A stretch of 64,000 nucleotides of DNA from an uncultured Acidobacteriota bacterium (lineage in GTDB: Bacteria > Acidobacteriota > Vicinamibacteria > Marinacidobacterales > SMYC01). A program made the position numbers and the translations under genes. This document shows, one piece after another, positions 31,669-43,343 of this stretch; within the stretch, counting starts at the first letter, position 1; each line of letters begins with the position of its first letter. The notes beneath the pieces were generated by a model. The model did no database searches and was not told the DNA's origin. It saw only the letters and a program-made list of their open reading frames with translations. The stretch is from contig CAWFHP010000007.1 in NCBI GenBank assembly GCA_963815675.1, positions 37,302 to 101,301 of the forward strand, written 5' to 3'.

Positions 31669-34167
31669 ATGGAGAACTGGTTAAAAGACCTCAAGTTCGG
31701 GGTGAAGCTCCTCGTTCGGGAAAAGGGCTTTACGCTCACCGTGCTGCTGACGCTCGCCGTCGCCATCGCGGCGAACGCCGCCGTCTTCAGCATCGTGCGG
31801 TCCGTACTCTTGAAGCCTCTCCCCTACCCCGATTCCGACCAGCCTCACGACCTGGCACAACAGCTATCCCAACGCGGGCGTCGAGAACGTCGGATGCGCC
31901 GTTCCCGACTATTTCGACCGGCGCGAGCAGATCCATGCGCTCGACGAGCTGGCGATCTACCGCTTCGAGGGACGAAACGGTGGGCGAGCCGGGCTCGACG
32001 CGCCGGCTTCGTGCCGTACGCGGGACGCCTTCTCTTCTCCCGATGCTGGGGGCCCGTGCCGAGCGCGGCCGCCTCTTCACCGAGGAAGAAGGCGAGATCG
32101 GCAACGAAAAAAAGGCGATCCTGACCTACGGCCTGTGGCAGGAGCTCTACGGAGGCGACGAGGGCGTCGTCGGGCGTGACCTGAGGGTCAACGGAGTCCC
32201 TTACACCATCGTGGGAGTTCTTCCCGAGAGCTTCCTCTTTCTCACGCCGGAAGTCCGGCTCTTCGTCCCCGCCGCGTTCACCGTGGAAGACAAGTCCGAC
32301 GAATCACGCCACAGCAACAACTGGGAGATGATTGGCCGGCTCGCTCCGACCGCGACGGTCGCGGAGGCGCAGGCCGAGCTGGACGGCCTGAACGCCAGAA
32401 ACTTCGAGCGCTTTCCGGAGATGGCACCTCTCCTGAAGAATGCCGGTTTTCATTCGACCGTCCTTCTCTGGCGCGACGACCTCACCCAGAACCTCCGCGG
32501 AACGCTTCATTTGCTCTGGGGCGGCGTCGCCTTCGTTCTCCTCATCGCCTGTGTCAACATCGCCAACCTCCTTCTCGTGCGCTCGCAGGTCCGGCTCAAG
32601 GAAATGGCGATCCGGAGCTCGATGGGCGCCGGGAGGGCTCGGGTCGCCCGGCAGCTCCTGACCGAGACGCTGCTCCTGACGCTTCTCGGAGGAGCGGCGG
32701 GAGTCGCCCTGGGCTATGCGGCGCTTTCCCTCCTTCGTGGGTTCGGGATTGAGGAGCTTCCGCGGGGAAGCGAGAATCCAGATGGATGTCGTCTCCGTGG
32801 CGCTCACACTTCTCGGAGCGCTCGTCATCGGCGCCATCCTCTCGCTCATTCCCGTCGCGCGCATGTTGAACATGAACCTCGCGGACGTCGTCCATCAGGA
32901 GGGGCGCAGGTCGACCGGGAGGTCGCGGGACCCGGGTCCTCAGGAAAGGTCTCGTCGTCGTTCAGGTCGGATTCGCCCTCGTTCTCCTCATCGGCGCCGG
33001 CCTCCTCCTCGAGAGCTTTCGCCGGGTCGCGGAAATCGACCCCGGGTTTCGTCCGGCAGGCGTCTTCACCGGGTCGGTCAGCCTCCCCGGTTAGCCGGTA
33101 CGCGAGAGGGCGGGTACAAGGGACGGAAGACTTCCCCGAGCGGGTGTCGTTCGCGAAACGCGCTCTCGACGCCGTGCGCGCGCTACCCGGAGTCCAGAAG
33201 GCGGGGCTCATCTCCGACATTCCGTTCGGGGGAAGCTACAGCGACAGCGTCGTCATCGCCGAGGGTTACCAGATGCAGCCGGGAGAGTCCGTGATCTCGC
33301 CGAGCCGCGTGTCGGTCAGCCCCGGCTACTTCGAGGCGATGGGCATCCCGCTATTGAAAGGCCGGCTCTTCGACGAGCGCGACGACGAAAAAGCGCCGAA
33401 CGTGGTGATCGTCGACGACCGTTTGGCGAGGAAGTTCTGGCCCGAGAGCGACCCACTGGGAAAGCGCATGTACACTCCCAACAGCAAGGAAGATCTCCTG
33501 CGCCCGGGAGCCGACGTGACGTGGTACACGGTGGTCGGCGTCGTCGGGTCGGTCCGGGAGCGAGGCCTCGTCGAGTCCGACGACCGGCTCGGGATGTACT
33601 ACTTCCCCTACGCGCAGGAACCGACGCGTTTCTTCACTTTCGTCGTGCGAACCCCATCGAGACCCGACAGCGTCGCCGCGGGCGTTCGAGCCGCGATCGC
33701 CGCCATCGATCCCGAGCTTCCGCTCTTCGACGTGCACAGTATGGAGGAACGGGTCAACGAATCTCTCCTCACCCGGCGCACGTCTCTTCTTCTCTCGGCG
33801 AGCTTCGGGCTCATCGCCCTGTTTCTCGCGGCGCTCGGGAGTCTACGGCGTCCTTGCCTATCTCGTGAGCCAGCGGACCCGGGAGATTGGAATCCGGATG
33901 GCGCTCGGAAGCACCTCCCGTTCCACGTTCGAGCTCGTTCTCCGCGAGGGAGCGACGATCGTGGCTCTGGGTCTCACGCTGGGACTCGTCGGCGTGCTCG
34001 GGCTCGGCCAGGTGCTGCAGAAACAGCTCTACGGCGTCGGGGCCGCGGATCCAGCCGTTCTCCTGGTCGTCGGAGGGACCCTCGCGGCCGTCGCCCTGAT
34101 CGCTTCCGTGATTCCCGCGCGGCGGGCGTCGCGCATCGACCCGGTGACGGCCCTTCGGGGCGAGTAG
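31669..34167 (+). CDS. ADOP-family ABC permease (second copy); frameshifted
   Basis: DLKFG...GFT...LTLA..I.AN.AVFS.V..VLLKPLPY; LLIACVNIANLLL; SQRTREIGIRMALG; RRASRIDP..ALR.E. Confidence 0.92.
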
Positions 34168-34278
34168 GAACGCCACGAGTCGAGCTGGTCGGCGGAACCT
34201 TGTGATTGACCGCCCTCCGCTCGTTCTTCACAATGGATAGAGACCCTTGGATCCGGCCCCCGCGCCGTGGCCCTGCGA

Positions 34279-35025
34279 ATGAACCAGTCCACCCAGGCAA
34301 AAAAACCGATGAAGAGCGTCGCGGAGCACATCCGCCACCTCTATCAGCGTCTCAGCGAGCTCGAAGCTCGCCTCGAGCGGGTGGAAAGCCGTCCTGACGG
34401 GTTCCAGGAGCCGGGCGATCCCGCGCGATCCGGGACGCCCCCCATCGACGCCGAGATCCTCGAGCAGGTGGTCGAGCTCGAGCACCGACTCAAACAGCTC
34501 GAGCACGAGAACCGAACCCTCTCCGACCTCTGCAACCAGCTCCAGGAGCAGAACGCGGCGATCTCGAACCTCTACGTCGCCAAGCATCGCCTCCATGCCT
34601 CGCTGGACGCGGCGGAAGTCATGCGCATCGTGAAAGAGATCATGGTCGAGCTCATCGGCGCGAAGGAGTTCGGAATCTACCTTCTCGATCCCCGTCAGAA
34701 GCTTCTGCGCCGGATCGCCGTCGGCGGGGGAAAGAAACATCCCGAGACCGTAGCGCTCGGCGAGGGCCACATCGGAGAGGGCGCGAGCACGGGAAAACCG
34801 TTTTATTTCGCAGGTGCCACCCGGGCTCCGGAAATTCCCCTCGCCGTCGTTCCACTGCGCAGCGAGTCGGACACCATCGGGGTCATCGCCATCTGGGAGC
34901 TATTGCCCCACAAGGGTGACTTCACCCCCGTCGACCATCAGCTTCTCGATTCCGTCGCCGAGCACGCGCCCGCCGCTCTCAAGTCGGCGCACCTTCACCA
35001 GAAGAGCCGCAGCCAGTCTCGCTGA
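34279..35025 (+). CDS. Coiled-coil + GAF domain protein
   Basis: Heptad region to EQNAAISNLYVA..RLH.SLD, then GAF-like GEG.IG, AVVPL, IGVIAI; no output domain. Confidence 0.75.
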   Translation: MNQSTQAKKPMKSVAEHIRHLYQRLSELEARLERVESRPDGFQEPGDPARSGTPPIDAEILEQVVELEHRLKQLEHENRTLSDLCNQLQEQNAAISNLYVAKHRLHASLDAAEVMRIVKEIMVELIGAKEFGIYLLDPRQKLLRRIAVGGGKKHPETVALGEGHIGEGASTGKPFYFAGATRAPEIPLAVVPLRSESDTIGVIAIWELLPHKGDFTPVDHQLLDSVAEHAPAALKSAHLHQKSRSQSR

Positions 35026-35040
35026 TATACTCGAAGGCCA

Positions 35041-36160
35041 GTGCGCATCGCTCTGGTCGTCTACGGAAGCCTCGACATCGTGTCCGGAGGAAACCTCTAC
35101 GATCGAAAGCTCGTGGAGCGTCTCCGCGCCTCGGGCCACGAAGTCGAAGTGGTCTCGATCGCGAACAGGGGTTACGTCCTCGACCTCGCTTCGAATCTCT
35201 CTCCTCTTCTCAAAAAGCGACTCTCCGACCCGAGCTACGATTTGCTCCTCGAGGACGAGCTCGTTCATCCCTCTTTCGCGTTTCTCAATCGTTCCCTCCA
35301 CGACCATCGACCCTCGCGGCCCCTCGTCGCCATCGTGCACCATCTGCGCTCCAGCGAAGAGAGACCCGACTGGCAGAACCGGCTCTACCGGCGGGTGGAG
35401 AAGCGGTATCTGGCGAGCGTCGACGCCTTCGTCTTCAACAGTCACACCACCCGCGAGAGCGTCGAGGAGCTCCTCTCGAAGAAGACGAGAAACGTCGTCG
35501 CCACACCCGGCGGAGATCGACTCGAGCGGAAGATGACGCGAATGGAAATCGACTCCCGTGCCCGGGAACAGGGTCCGCTCCGAATCCTGTTCGTGGGAAA
35601 CCTCATTCCTCGAAAGGGACTCGAACGGCTCGTCGAGGCCGCGCGGTCGCTGCAAGCCTATTCGTTCTCTCTCGACGTCGTGGGGAGCCTGGACATGGAC
35701 CGGCGGTACGCCGCGCGGAGTACGACGTCAGGTCGAGGCCTGCGGGCTCGCCGACCGCGTTCATTTTCACGGCAGCCTCGGAGGCGAGCTCCTCGAAGAG
35801 CGCTTTCGCCAGGCGCAGCTATTCGTCGTCCCGTCCAGCTACGAGGGCTTCGGAATCGTTTACCTCGAGGCGATGGGATTCGGTCTCCCGGTGATTGGGA
35901 CCGCCTCCGGCGCCACCGACGAAATCGTCCTCCACGAATCGACGGGGTACCTCGTTCCGCCGGGAGATGCCACGATCCTCGCGCGACGCATCGAGTCTTT
36001 CCTCGAGGACCGCGATCTCCTCGCCCGCATGAGCCTCCAGGCCTTCGAGGCGTTCGCCGATCACCCCGGCTGGGACGAGTCGACGGGGCAGATCGAGGAG
36101 CTCCTCGTCGCTCTCACTTCGAAGACGAGATTGCCTTCAGCCCCCACGAGAGCCCGGTAG
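35041..36160 (+). CDS. Glycosyltransferase family 4; frameshift ~35720
   Basis: SGGNLYDR.L, VGNLIPRKG, PS.YEGFGIVYLEAM.FGLPVI. Confidence 0.9.
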
Positions 36161-37058
36161 CGGCGAGGAGCACGTCACGGGCTCGCACGACGAGCGCGAG
36201 ACTCATGCCGAGCTCGGGCGGAAATCCGAGCGCCGCGATCGCGGCGATCTGCCCCGCCTCGAAGACTCCCAGCGCGGCAGGAAAAAAAAGCAGGTACGCG
36301 ACTCGAGCCGCGGTGAGGCCGAAGACGACGCCGCGAAACGACAGCTCCATTCCGAGAAAGCGCGCCATCAGCCAGTATTCCGCGAGCATCAACCCGAACG
36401 ATAGGACGGAAGCGAGAAGGGCGAGAGCGAGAAACCCCGGTCTCTCCCGGCAGAAAAGGCCGGCTCGAGCCTCACTGGCCCGGACCAAAGCCTGTAGTCC
36501 CGCGGCGCGACCATCTGCGAACGCGAGAGCGAGCGCGTGGGCGAGAGGCTTCCGCCCGTATCGCAGCGCGACGAGGTACAGGAGAGGCACGAGCGCGAAC
36601 GCCGCCGCGAGGCCGACCGGCCCCGGACGCACGAGAAAGACGAACGCGCCTCCCAGATAGGAGAAGTTCACCACCGCCTCGACGAGGCGGTCGAGCGCGA
36701 CCGAAGCGATGGCGTCCTCGCGCGGCACCGCGTGCCGTCTCTCGAGGAGCAGGACTTGAAGCGGCTCGCCGCCGACCTGGGGGCCGGGAGTGAAGTAGCT
36801 GACGCCGAAGGCGGCGAGTCGATACGAGGCCGCCTCCAGCAGCGGCAACGGACGGCCGAGTCCTTTCAGGATCCACCACCAGCGCGTCGAAAATAGCACG
36901 ACGGCCGCCAGGTTCAGCGCGACCAGGATCGCGATCGCGGTGCCATCGAGCCTACCCACCGCTCGGAAAGCGTCGGCCAGCGAGACCCTCCGGAGGGAAA
37001 CGTAGAGAAGCAGGGCGCCCGCGAACCAGAGCGCGACGCGCGTGCCGCGCCTCTTCAT
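36114..37058 (-). CDS. Lysylphosphatidylglycerol synthase TM-like (flippase-like) membrane protein
   Basis: RW..IL, FTPG.QVGGE, SV.LDR, PAALGVFE; multiple TM helices. Confidence 0.85.
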   Translation of the reverse strand: MKRRGTRVALWFAGALLLYVSLRRVSLADAFRAVGRLDGTAIAILVALNLAAVVLFSTRWWWILKGLGRPLPLLEAASYRLAAFGVSYFTPGPQVGGEPLQVLLLERRHAVPREDAIASVALDRLVEAVVNFSYLGGAFVFLVRPGPVGLAAAFALVPLLYLVALRYGRKPLAHALALAFADGRAAGLQALVRASEARAGLFCRERPGFLALALLASVLSFGLMLAEYWLMARFLGMELSFRGVVFGLTAARVAYLLFFPAALGVFEAGQIAAIAALGFPPELGMSLALVVRARDVLLAATGLSWGLKAISSSK

Positions 37059-37126
37059 TCGGTCCCTTCGGGCGTGACCGAGCTCCCGCTTGACCCGCGA
37101 GCCTCCGTTGCGTTATTGGAGTCCTC

Positions 37127-38219
37127 ATGGGGCACTGGCGAAGGGCTCTCGTTCTTAGTGGGACGGTGTCGCTCGCCGCATGCGGAAGCAGTGACGGACC
37201 CACGGCACCCACTCCGCCCGCCCGAGAAGGGACCCCACCGTTCGGACTCGCCGCCGGCCCTGCCGCGCTCGCTGATACGGCCCTCAGGGGCCGGGTGCTC
37301 GACTCCGTAACCGGCCTTCCCGTCGCGAGAGCGCATATCGACGCCGGCGAGGTTTCCGGGGTCGACGCGGACGGGAACGGCTTCTTCTCGATTTCCTCGA
37401 CTCAGGCGGGCGTCGTGTCCCTCGTGGCGCAAGCCGATGGCTATTTCCCTCATCAGACCCATGCCCGAACGGGAACGTCCACCCCGATTCGAGATCGAGC
37501 TCATTCCGCAAGGAGCGCATTTCGACCTCGACTTCTACGACCATGTGTTTCGCAATCTGGGTGAGAACGGCACGTACACCTGGGCAACGGAGCCCGGATT
37601 CGAGATTCTCTCGCAGGTCTTCGACTGCGTGGAGCACGAGACCACGGACGCCTGCGATGTCTTCGAAGCCACCGACGAGGCGGCGCCGGGCCAATTCGTG
37701 AGCCTGGCGCGCGAGGTGGTCACCGCCGACGTTTCCCGGTACACGGGAGGAGCCCTTCTCGGCACCAACGTTCGTCTCGTGGACATTGCACCCGGAACCC
37801 GGATCACGAGAAGCGAGGCGTGGGTGCGGGACAAGGTTCGATTCCTGATCGCGCGGATGCCCGACGGCTCCTCCTGGACCACACGGTGGATTTACCGGGG
37901 AACGTCGAACTACTACTCCGGATTCATCATTATCAACAAGTCCACCCACAAGGCCGAGCGCGGGGTCTACAGCCACGAGCTCGCGCACTCGCTCGGCTAC
38001 AGCCACCCTCTCGGCGGGGACCGTGTGCCGATTCCGTCCATCATGCGCTACGGACATGGTCCCGATCCCTATCCCGCCGACATCCTGCACGGCGCCATCC
38101 TCTATCGCCGGCCCGCAGGGAGTCGCACGCCGGATCAAGACCCCGACGATTTTGTCGTGAACGAGTTGCGGCAGCTCGCTACCGGACCGGGAGATCTCAT
38201 CGAAGAGACGGTGCGGTAG
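37127..38219 (+). CDS. Lipoprotein with carboxypeptidase-regulatory-like domain and metzincin protease domain; frameshift ~37480
   Basis: Lipobox LAAC; G.V.DS.TG.PV..A; HELAHSLGYSH plus SIM Met-turn. Confidence 0.75.
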
Positions 38220-38958
38220 CGCCCGCAGAGCTCGACCGGCAGGAAACGTAGAGCCAGTCGCGAGCGAACATGGCGAGGGTCGCCCCGCCGAAGAGATGAC
38301 ACGCGAGACCCGCGAGGCTGCCGGAGACCGCAGGCCAGAGCGCGACCGCGAGGAAGCCCATCTGGCACCCCGCGAGAATGCGTCGGATTGAGGGGCGATC
38401 GAGCTCGCGCACCGGCTTTCCGCGATAGCTCCGCCACCAGAGACCGAAGACGAAGAGATAACGCGCCAGACCGACGCTCAGGTACCACAGCGGAATCTTG
38501 CCGAGTCCGACCGCGGCGAGGGTCGCGACGAGGATCCCCAACGCGTCCACTTCCATGTCGAGCCGCGAGCCGAGACGCGTCTCTCGCTTCCTCCAGCGTG
38601 CGAGGCGCCCGTCGGCGTGATCCAGGATCGCGGCGAGACTGTATGCGGGCGCCACGACGCTCGGCGCGGCGAGAAAGCCCGCGGCGAGTGCGACGAGAAG
38701 GCCCCGGAGCATGGTGACGAAAGTCGGGGCGCCGAGAGTCGGCAAGAGCGCTTTCTCTCCCTCCCGAACGTTCTCGGACAGACCCCGAAATAGAAGCCAG
38801 GAGCAATAGCCCCACACCGGGAGGGAGCCGGCGAGAGAACGGGGAGCGGCGAGTCCGACCGCCGAGAGGACGAACAACCCCGAAACGGTCCAACTGACCC
38901 ACTCCCGGCGCAACCCGGAGCGCGCGGACGGCGTGGGGAAGAGTACCGAGGAGCTCAA
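38197..38958 (-). CDS. CDP-alcohol phosphatidyltransferase family protein
   Basis: Signature DHADGRLAR......LGSRLDMEVD; VT.LR. Confidence 0.9.
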   Translation of the reverse strand: MSSSVLFPTPSARSGLRREWVSWTVSGLFVLSAVGLAAPRSLAGSLPVWGYCSWLLFRGLSENVREGEKALLPTLGAPTFVTMLRGLLVALAAGFLAAPSVVAPAYSLAAILDHADGRLARWRKRETRLGSRLDMEVDALGILVATLAAVGLGKIPLWYLSVGLARYLFVFGLWWRSYRGKPVRELDRPSIRRILAGCQMGFLAVALWPAVSGSLAGLACHLFGGATLAMFARDWLYVSCRSSSAGATAPSLR

Positions 38959-40548
38959 TCCGTCTCGCTCCCATCGTAGATGCGTAGAAACCCTTCGAGA
39001 AAATCGGCCATGCGCAAGGCGCTGGGCTTCAGGGGCACGAGCCCTTCCTCGAAGCCGAGAGCGTCGAACGCGCGCACCAGGTCCGCGCGCTTGCTCAAGA
39101 CGTGCATGGGAACCGCCCAGCTGTCGTTGTCATGGGTCGCGAGTTTCGGCGGCTGGTGATCGCCGACGATGATGACGAGCGAGTTGTCGGGAACGTACTT
39201 GATGAGAAAGCCTTCGAGAACCTCGAGCTCGTATCCCACGGCCGCGAGGTACCAGGTGGAGAGCTCCATCAGGTCGCGATAGGCATCGTGGGCCACCGAC
39301 TTCAGCCCGGCCTGGTAGGCGGTGCCGTCGTCGAAGCGCGTCCAGTCGGGAACGTAGTCCGGAACGGGAAAGTAAGGGATGTGGGTCATGATGAGCGAGA
39401 ACTTGGCGAAAACCGGTCGCTGGGCGCCGCGGATCTCGTTTTTGTAGATCCGGTACAAAGTGAACTGGTCGGGGATCTTCCACCAGCCCATCGGAGGTCC
39501 CTGGTAATCGAGCGCGTCGAAGTCGTAAATCTTGTCGAAGCCGTAAAAGAGACCGTCGGGCCAGTACCACTTGATTCCCGGCTCGGCAGCGACGGTGCGG
39601 TATCCCTTCTCTTTCATCACATGGACGAGAGTCTTCCGTTTCGAAGCGAGAAGCGCGTCGTAGAGATGCTCCGAGTCCACCTGAAAGCCCGAGAGAAGCG
39701 TGGCGTGAGCGCGCCAGGAGCCGCCTCCGAAGGTAGGAGAGAGAATCTGGCTCGAGGAGAAGGTATAGCCCGCCCGGGAGAGCTGCTCTTCGAGCTCCCG
39801 ATATCGGGCCTCCATGACGTCGAAGTGCTTCTTGTCCTCGATGAGGGTAACCCCGTAGGACTCGACGAAGATGATGAAGACGTTCGCTCCCCGGAGCTTC
39901 TCGAGGCTCGATTCCAGGTGTTGCGGCGGAAAATCGATGGCGGCGGCCGCCATCTCCGTTTTCTTGCCGACGCGGAGGCTTCCGATTCTGACGGGCCACG
40001 ATTGCCGTCACCGTGTTGGAGAACGCGACGCCGGGAGCGACGAAGAACAAGACCATGCCGGCGGCAGCGCCCGCGAGGGCGATGAAGCGAGTCCGCTCCG
40101 AGTCGAGGCCGCGGTCGAGAGCGCCGAGCGCAACCCAGTTGGCAGCGAGCGAGGCGAGGACCACGAGCAGGAGCGCTCCCACAACGACGAGCACGAGGCT
40201 CGGGGCCATCTCTTTCAGACCTTCGAGGAACATCGCCGCGACCCGAGTCAGGTGAGGCGCGTCGCCGTACAGGTCGAAGGGCCGCCCGAGGACGCCGATG
40301 GCCGTCGTATCGACATAGCGAACGAGGGCGACGAAGAAGATGCCGAAAGCGAGGAGGCATCTCGCGAGCCTCGATTCACGAAGCCGGAGGCCGAGGAACC
40401 GTGCAAGGACCAGGAGCCCGACGATAGCCAGGACCTCCACCGAGAGCTTGGGTACGAATCGCATCGACGGCGTCGAGGGGACGTTCTCGAACGTGAAGAG
40501 AGCGTCCAAATAGAGGAACGCGAATGCCGCGGGAACGAGGCGTCTCAT
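38955..40548 (-). CDS. Membrane-anchored sulfatase/alkaline-phosphatase-like transferase; frameshift ~39985
   Basis: N-terminal TMs; FVESYG, SPTFGGGSW.AH.TL.SG, IPDQF, TH.PY, VGDHQP. Confidence 0.85.
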
Positions 40549-40609
40549 GGGAAAAACGGCCCTATGATAGCGCGCTTCGGCGCCAAACCCGGAAGCGGCA
40601 GGAGAGTCG

Positions 40610-40894
40610 GTGGACGATCTGCGGGAGGAATTGGAGAGGCTTGCGGAGCGGGCCAATGAAATTCGAGTCCCGCGTGCCGTCACGAGCATGCTCTACACCC
40701 TGCGCAACCACATAGCGATGGTACGCGAACGGATCGAGAGGCGGCCCGTCGCCGCGACCCCGGAATGGAATCACCGGTCCGATCCGACGTCCGCTTCAAG
40801 ACCGATACGACCTCTGGCCGTCGCTGCCGTACGACGCGTTATGCAACGACGCGCGAACGCCAAACTCACGTGGAATCGACTAGAGTTGGCGTAA
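40610..40894 (+). pseudogene. Probable C-terminal remnant of a TAXI-type TRAP solute-binding protein
   Basis: EELERL..RANEIRVP....MLYTLRNHI.MVR.R resembles the TAXI C-terminal tail; the rest of the gene is absent. Confidence 0.45.
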
Positions 40895-40969
40895 CAGCCA
40901 TTTGGTGCGCAAAAGGATCGGGCCTCGCGATGGTTCTCGGCGCGAGAATGCGCTGTTACGGGCCAGAGA

Positions 40970-41565
40970 CTAGCGATGCCCTCTTCCGTGACGAAACCGG
41001 TGCCGCGCCGCGAATGGCGACTGCGTTCGATCCCGGCGCGTCGTCTTCTCGCTCGTCCGCTCTTCTCGCCCTCACTCTTCCTCGGCGATACTCGTGAGCC
41101 TCTGGATTACGACTCGCGCCGACCGGGTTGGCCGGAAACGCATGCTGAGTCTCGGAGCTGCGCTCATGATTCTAGCGGGGGTGGTCTTCGTCGGGAGCCG
41201 CGACTTCACCATCCTGCATCGTCGCCGCGATCGTGGGTGTCCTCAGCCCGAGTGAAACCGAGGTCGGACCGTTCTCTCGATCGAGCAAGCCTCGCTCGCG
41301 CACCTGGTGGGCGAGAGTCATCGTACGCGCGTCTTCGCCCGGTATCAGCTCACCGCGGCTTTGGCCTCCCCGTCGGCGCTCTCACTGGGGGTGGGCTTGC
41401 CCAGTTGCTTCAACGACTCGGCGCGACCCCTCTCCAGAGCTACGGGGAGTCGTACTCCTCTACGCCTTCGCAGGGTCGAGCCTTCTCTGGGGCTTCTCCC
41501 GGCTGACTCCGCGGTCAGCCGGAGACTGGGAACGTCTTCGGCACCGGGAAGGCGTAGACCCCTGA
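40970..41565 (+). pseudogene. Degraded MFS transporter fragment
   Basis: Cross-frame LTL..GD, LWITTRADRVGRKRML, IVGVLSPS..EVGPF, IEQASL, RTRVFARY, GALTGGGLAQ; truncated. Confidence 0.65.
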
Positions 41566-41868
41566 TCGTCGGTCACTGGCACACTAAGGTTTCTTTCCAG
41601 GGACGGTCGGCCCTCCGGCGATCTTCCAAGCTTCGATTCCACCCGAAAGTTGAAACACGTTCCGTCCCATATCGCGAAGCTTCTTGGTGACAGCCTGACT
41701 GACCCAATGTCCCCGGACGCAGTAGACCGGAGCCGAGAAGGCCGACGCACAAGAGGAAGAGCGTTGCGGGCAAGGCTTTCCCGCCCGCAGCGGAAACGTC
41801 GAGTGGCGTTTTCCGCTCCGTTGGATGGGCGTCTCCAGATCGGTTGGGATGAAGACAACGACGGGTGG

Positions 41869-42597
41869 TCATTTCCAGGTCACTTCCATCGCGAAGAAGT
41901 GGTCGAACACTTTCCGCCCCGGGTTGTTCCGGTCGTCGTTCTCCGGGCTGCGGATGTAGAAGTCGCACTGCATCGCCGCAGGGTTCACTTCGCCCGCGGC
42001 CGACTTCTTGTTCAACCGCGGGTAGTCGACCTTCAACGTCTTTCGGTCGCGCATGCCTTGAGTGACCATGAAGTGGATTTGGTAGTTATCGTAGAGGGGT
42101 TTTCCATTGAGCGTCGCCTTTCCGAAGCCCCATCCGGCGACCCAGATGAACGTCTTGGGCCAGTTGGTGTCGCCGCAGCCCGAGTCTCCGTGCTCATAGA
42201 GGTAGGCCGCGATCCCTCCGTCCTGGCAGGGGCTGAACTCGTGGAACCGCTCGCTCTCGATGACGAGATCGCCCTCGGGAACCTTGAGACGGGCCACGAA
42301 CGTTCCGGTGTTCGCTTTCTCGTCGACGTCGATCTCCGCCGTACCCTGGACCGGGTGCGCGTTCGAGGCGTCGTTTCCCATGTGATTCCAGCCGGGCGCG
42401 TCGGTCAGGGCGCCGACCTGGTAGATGCGGGACGCCTGCAGAACGAAATGCCCGTCATAGAGTTCGTTCTGGTCGGGAGCGTAGAGCGTGATCTCCGCCC
42501 CGGGCTGTTGCCGGGCGGTGGCCTGCGCGCCGGAACCGACGCGGTAAGCGGCCGCGGAAACGAGAACGACGGCGATGAGAGAGAGAGACCTCTTCAA
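41869..42597 (-). CDS. Secreted hypothetical protein
   Basis: Signal peptide; GGAGG RBS; TTGA overlap with upstream gene; His/Met/Cys-rich motifs. Confidence 0.8.
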   Translation of the reverse strand: MKRSLSLIAVVLVSAAAYRVGSGAQATARQQPGAEITLYAPDQNELYDGHFVLQASRIYQVGALTDAPGWNHMGNDASNAHPVQGTAEIDVDEKANTGTFVARLKVPEGDLVIESERFHEFSPCQDGGIAAYLYEHGDSGCGDTNWPKTFIWVAGWGFGKATLNGKPLYDNYQIHFMVTQGMRDRKTLKVDYPRLNKKSAAGEVNPAAMQCDFYIRSPENDDRNNPGRKVFDHFFAMEVTWK

Positions 42598-43343
42598 GAC
42601 TGCACCTCCTTCGGTGTCGGAAACTCGACGGAAAGGGACGACGTCCGGCCTTCCTGAACCTCGACTTCGACCTCACGAGTCCCCAGTTTTTCATGCCACA
42701 CTTCGATCCGGTAGCGCCCGGCCGGAATATCCTCGATACGAAACGAGCCCGCGGCATCGGTCACGGCGTGAAACGGGTGACGGTCGACGCGGATGAAAGC
42801 CTGCATCCAGCCGTGAATGTCGCATTTCACGACGTAGAGCCCGGGACGGGAGAGCTCTCGTGTCGCCCGGGCCCCTTTCACCGGAAGAGAGATGTTCAGG
42901 TCCGCGGGTCCGTACAGATGAGTCGTGTGCAGGATGGAGTCGGCGTTGACGGCCTCGACGGTGCTACCCACCGTCGCGACGGCCGCATGGGGCGCGAACC
43001 GGCAGCCGGAGTTCTCGATCACCACCCGGTCCGGCGGGACGGCTGGAATCGATCCTTCGGGAACATCGACGAGCGCCACGATGGCGTATCGGATCCCCCG
43101 GTTCTCGGCGGAAACGACGAGGTCGTCCAGCGTCTGTCGCCGCCCGCAGACCGCGGGATCGGTGGTGTTCTCGATGCGCGTTGGGGCCGGGATCTCGATT
43201 CCGCCGAGCCGCACCACGCCCTCGATGCTGCCGGTCGCCGACGCCGGGGGCTCCGCGGGCTCGGGCGTCCGGCAGGAGACCGCCGCTCCCATCGCGGTCG
43301 CGAGGCAACAGCTCAGCAGAAGGGACCTCATAGGCGACCTCAT
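42594..43343 (-). CDS. Lipoprotein with cupredoxin-like / carboxypeptidase-regulatory-like domains
   Basis: Lipobox AVSC; GCRF.PH, N.D.ILHTTH, KCDIHGWM, HPF.AVT...G.F.I..IP.G.Y...WHE.LG. Confidence 0.8.
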   Translation of the reverse strand: MRSPMRSLLLSCCLATAMGAAVSCRTPEPAEPPASATGSIEGVVRLGGIEIPAPTRIENTTDPAVCGRRQTLDDLVVSAENRGIRYAIVALVDVPEGSIPAVPPDRVVIENSGCRFAPHAAVATVGSTVEAVNADSILHTTHLYGPADLNISLPVKGARATRELSRPGLYVVKCDIHGWMQAFIRVDRHPFHAVTDAAGSFRIEDIPAGRYRIEVWHEKLGTREVEVEVQEGRTSSLSVEFPTPKEVQS

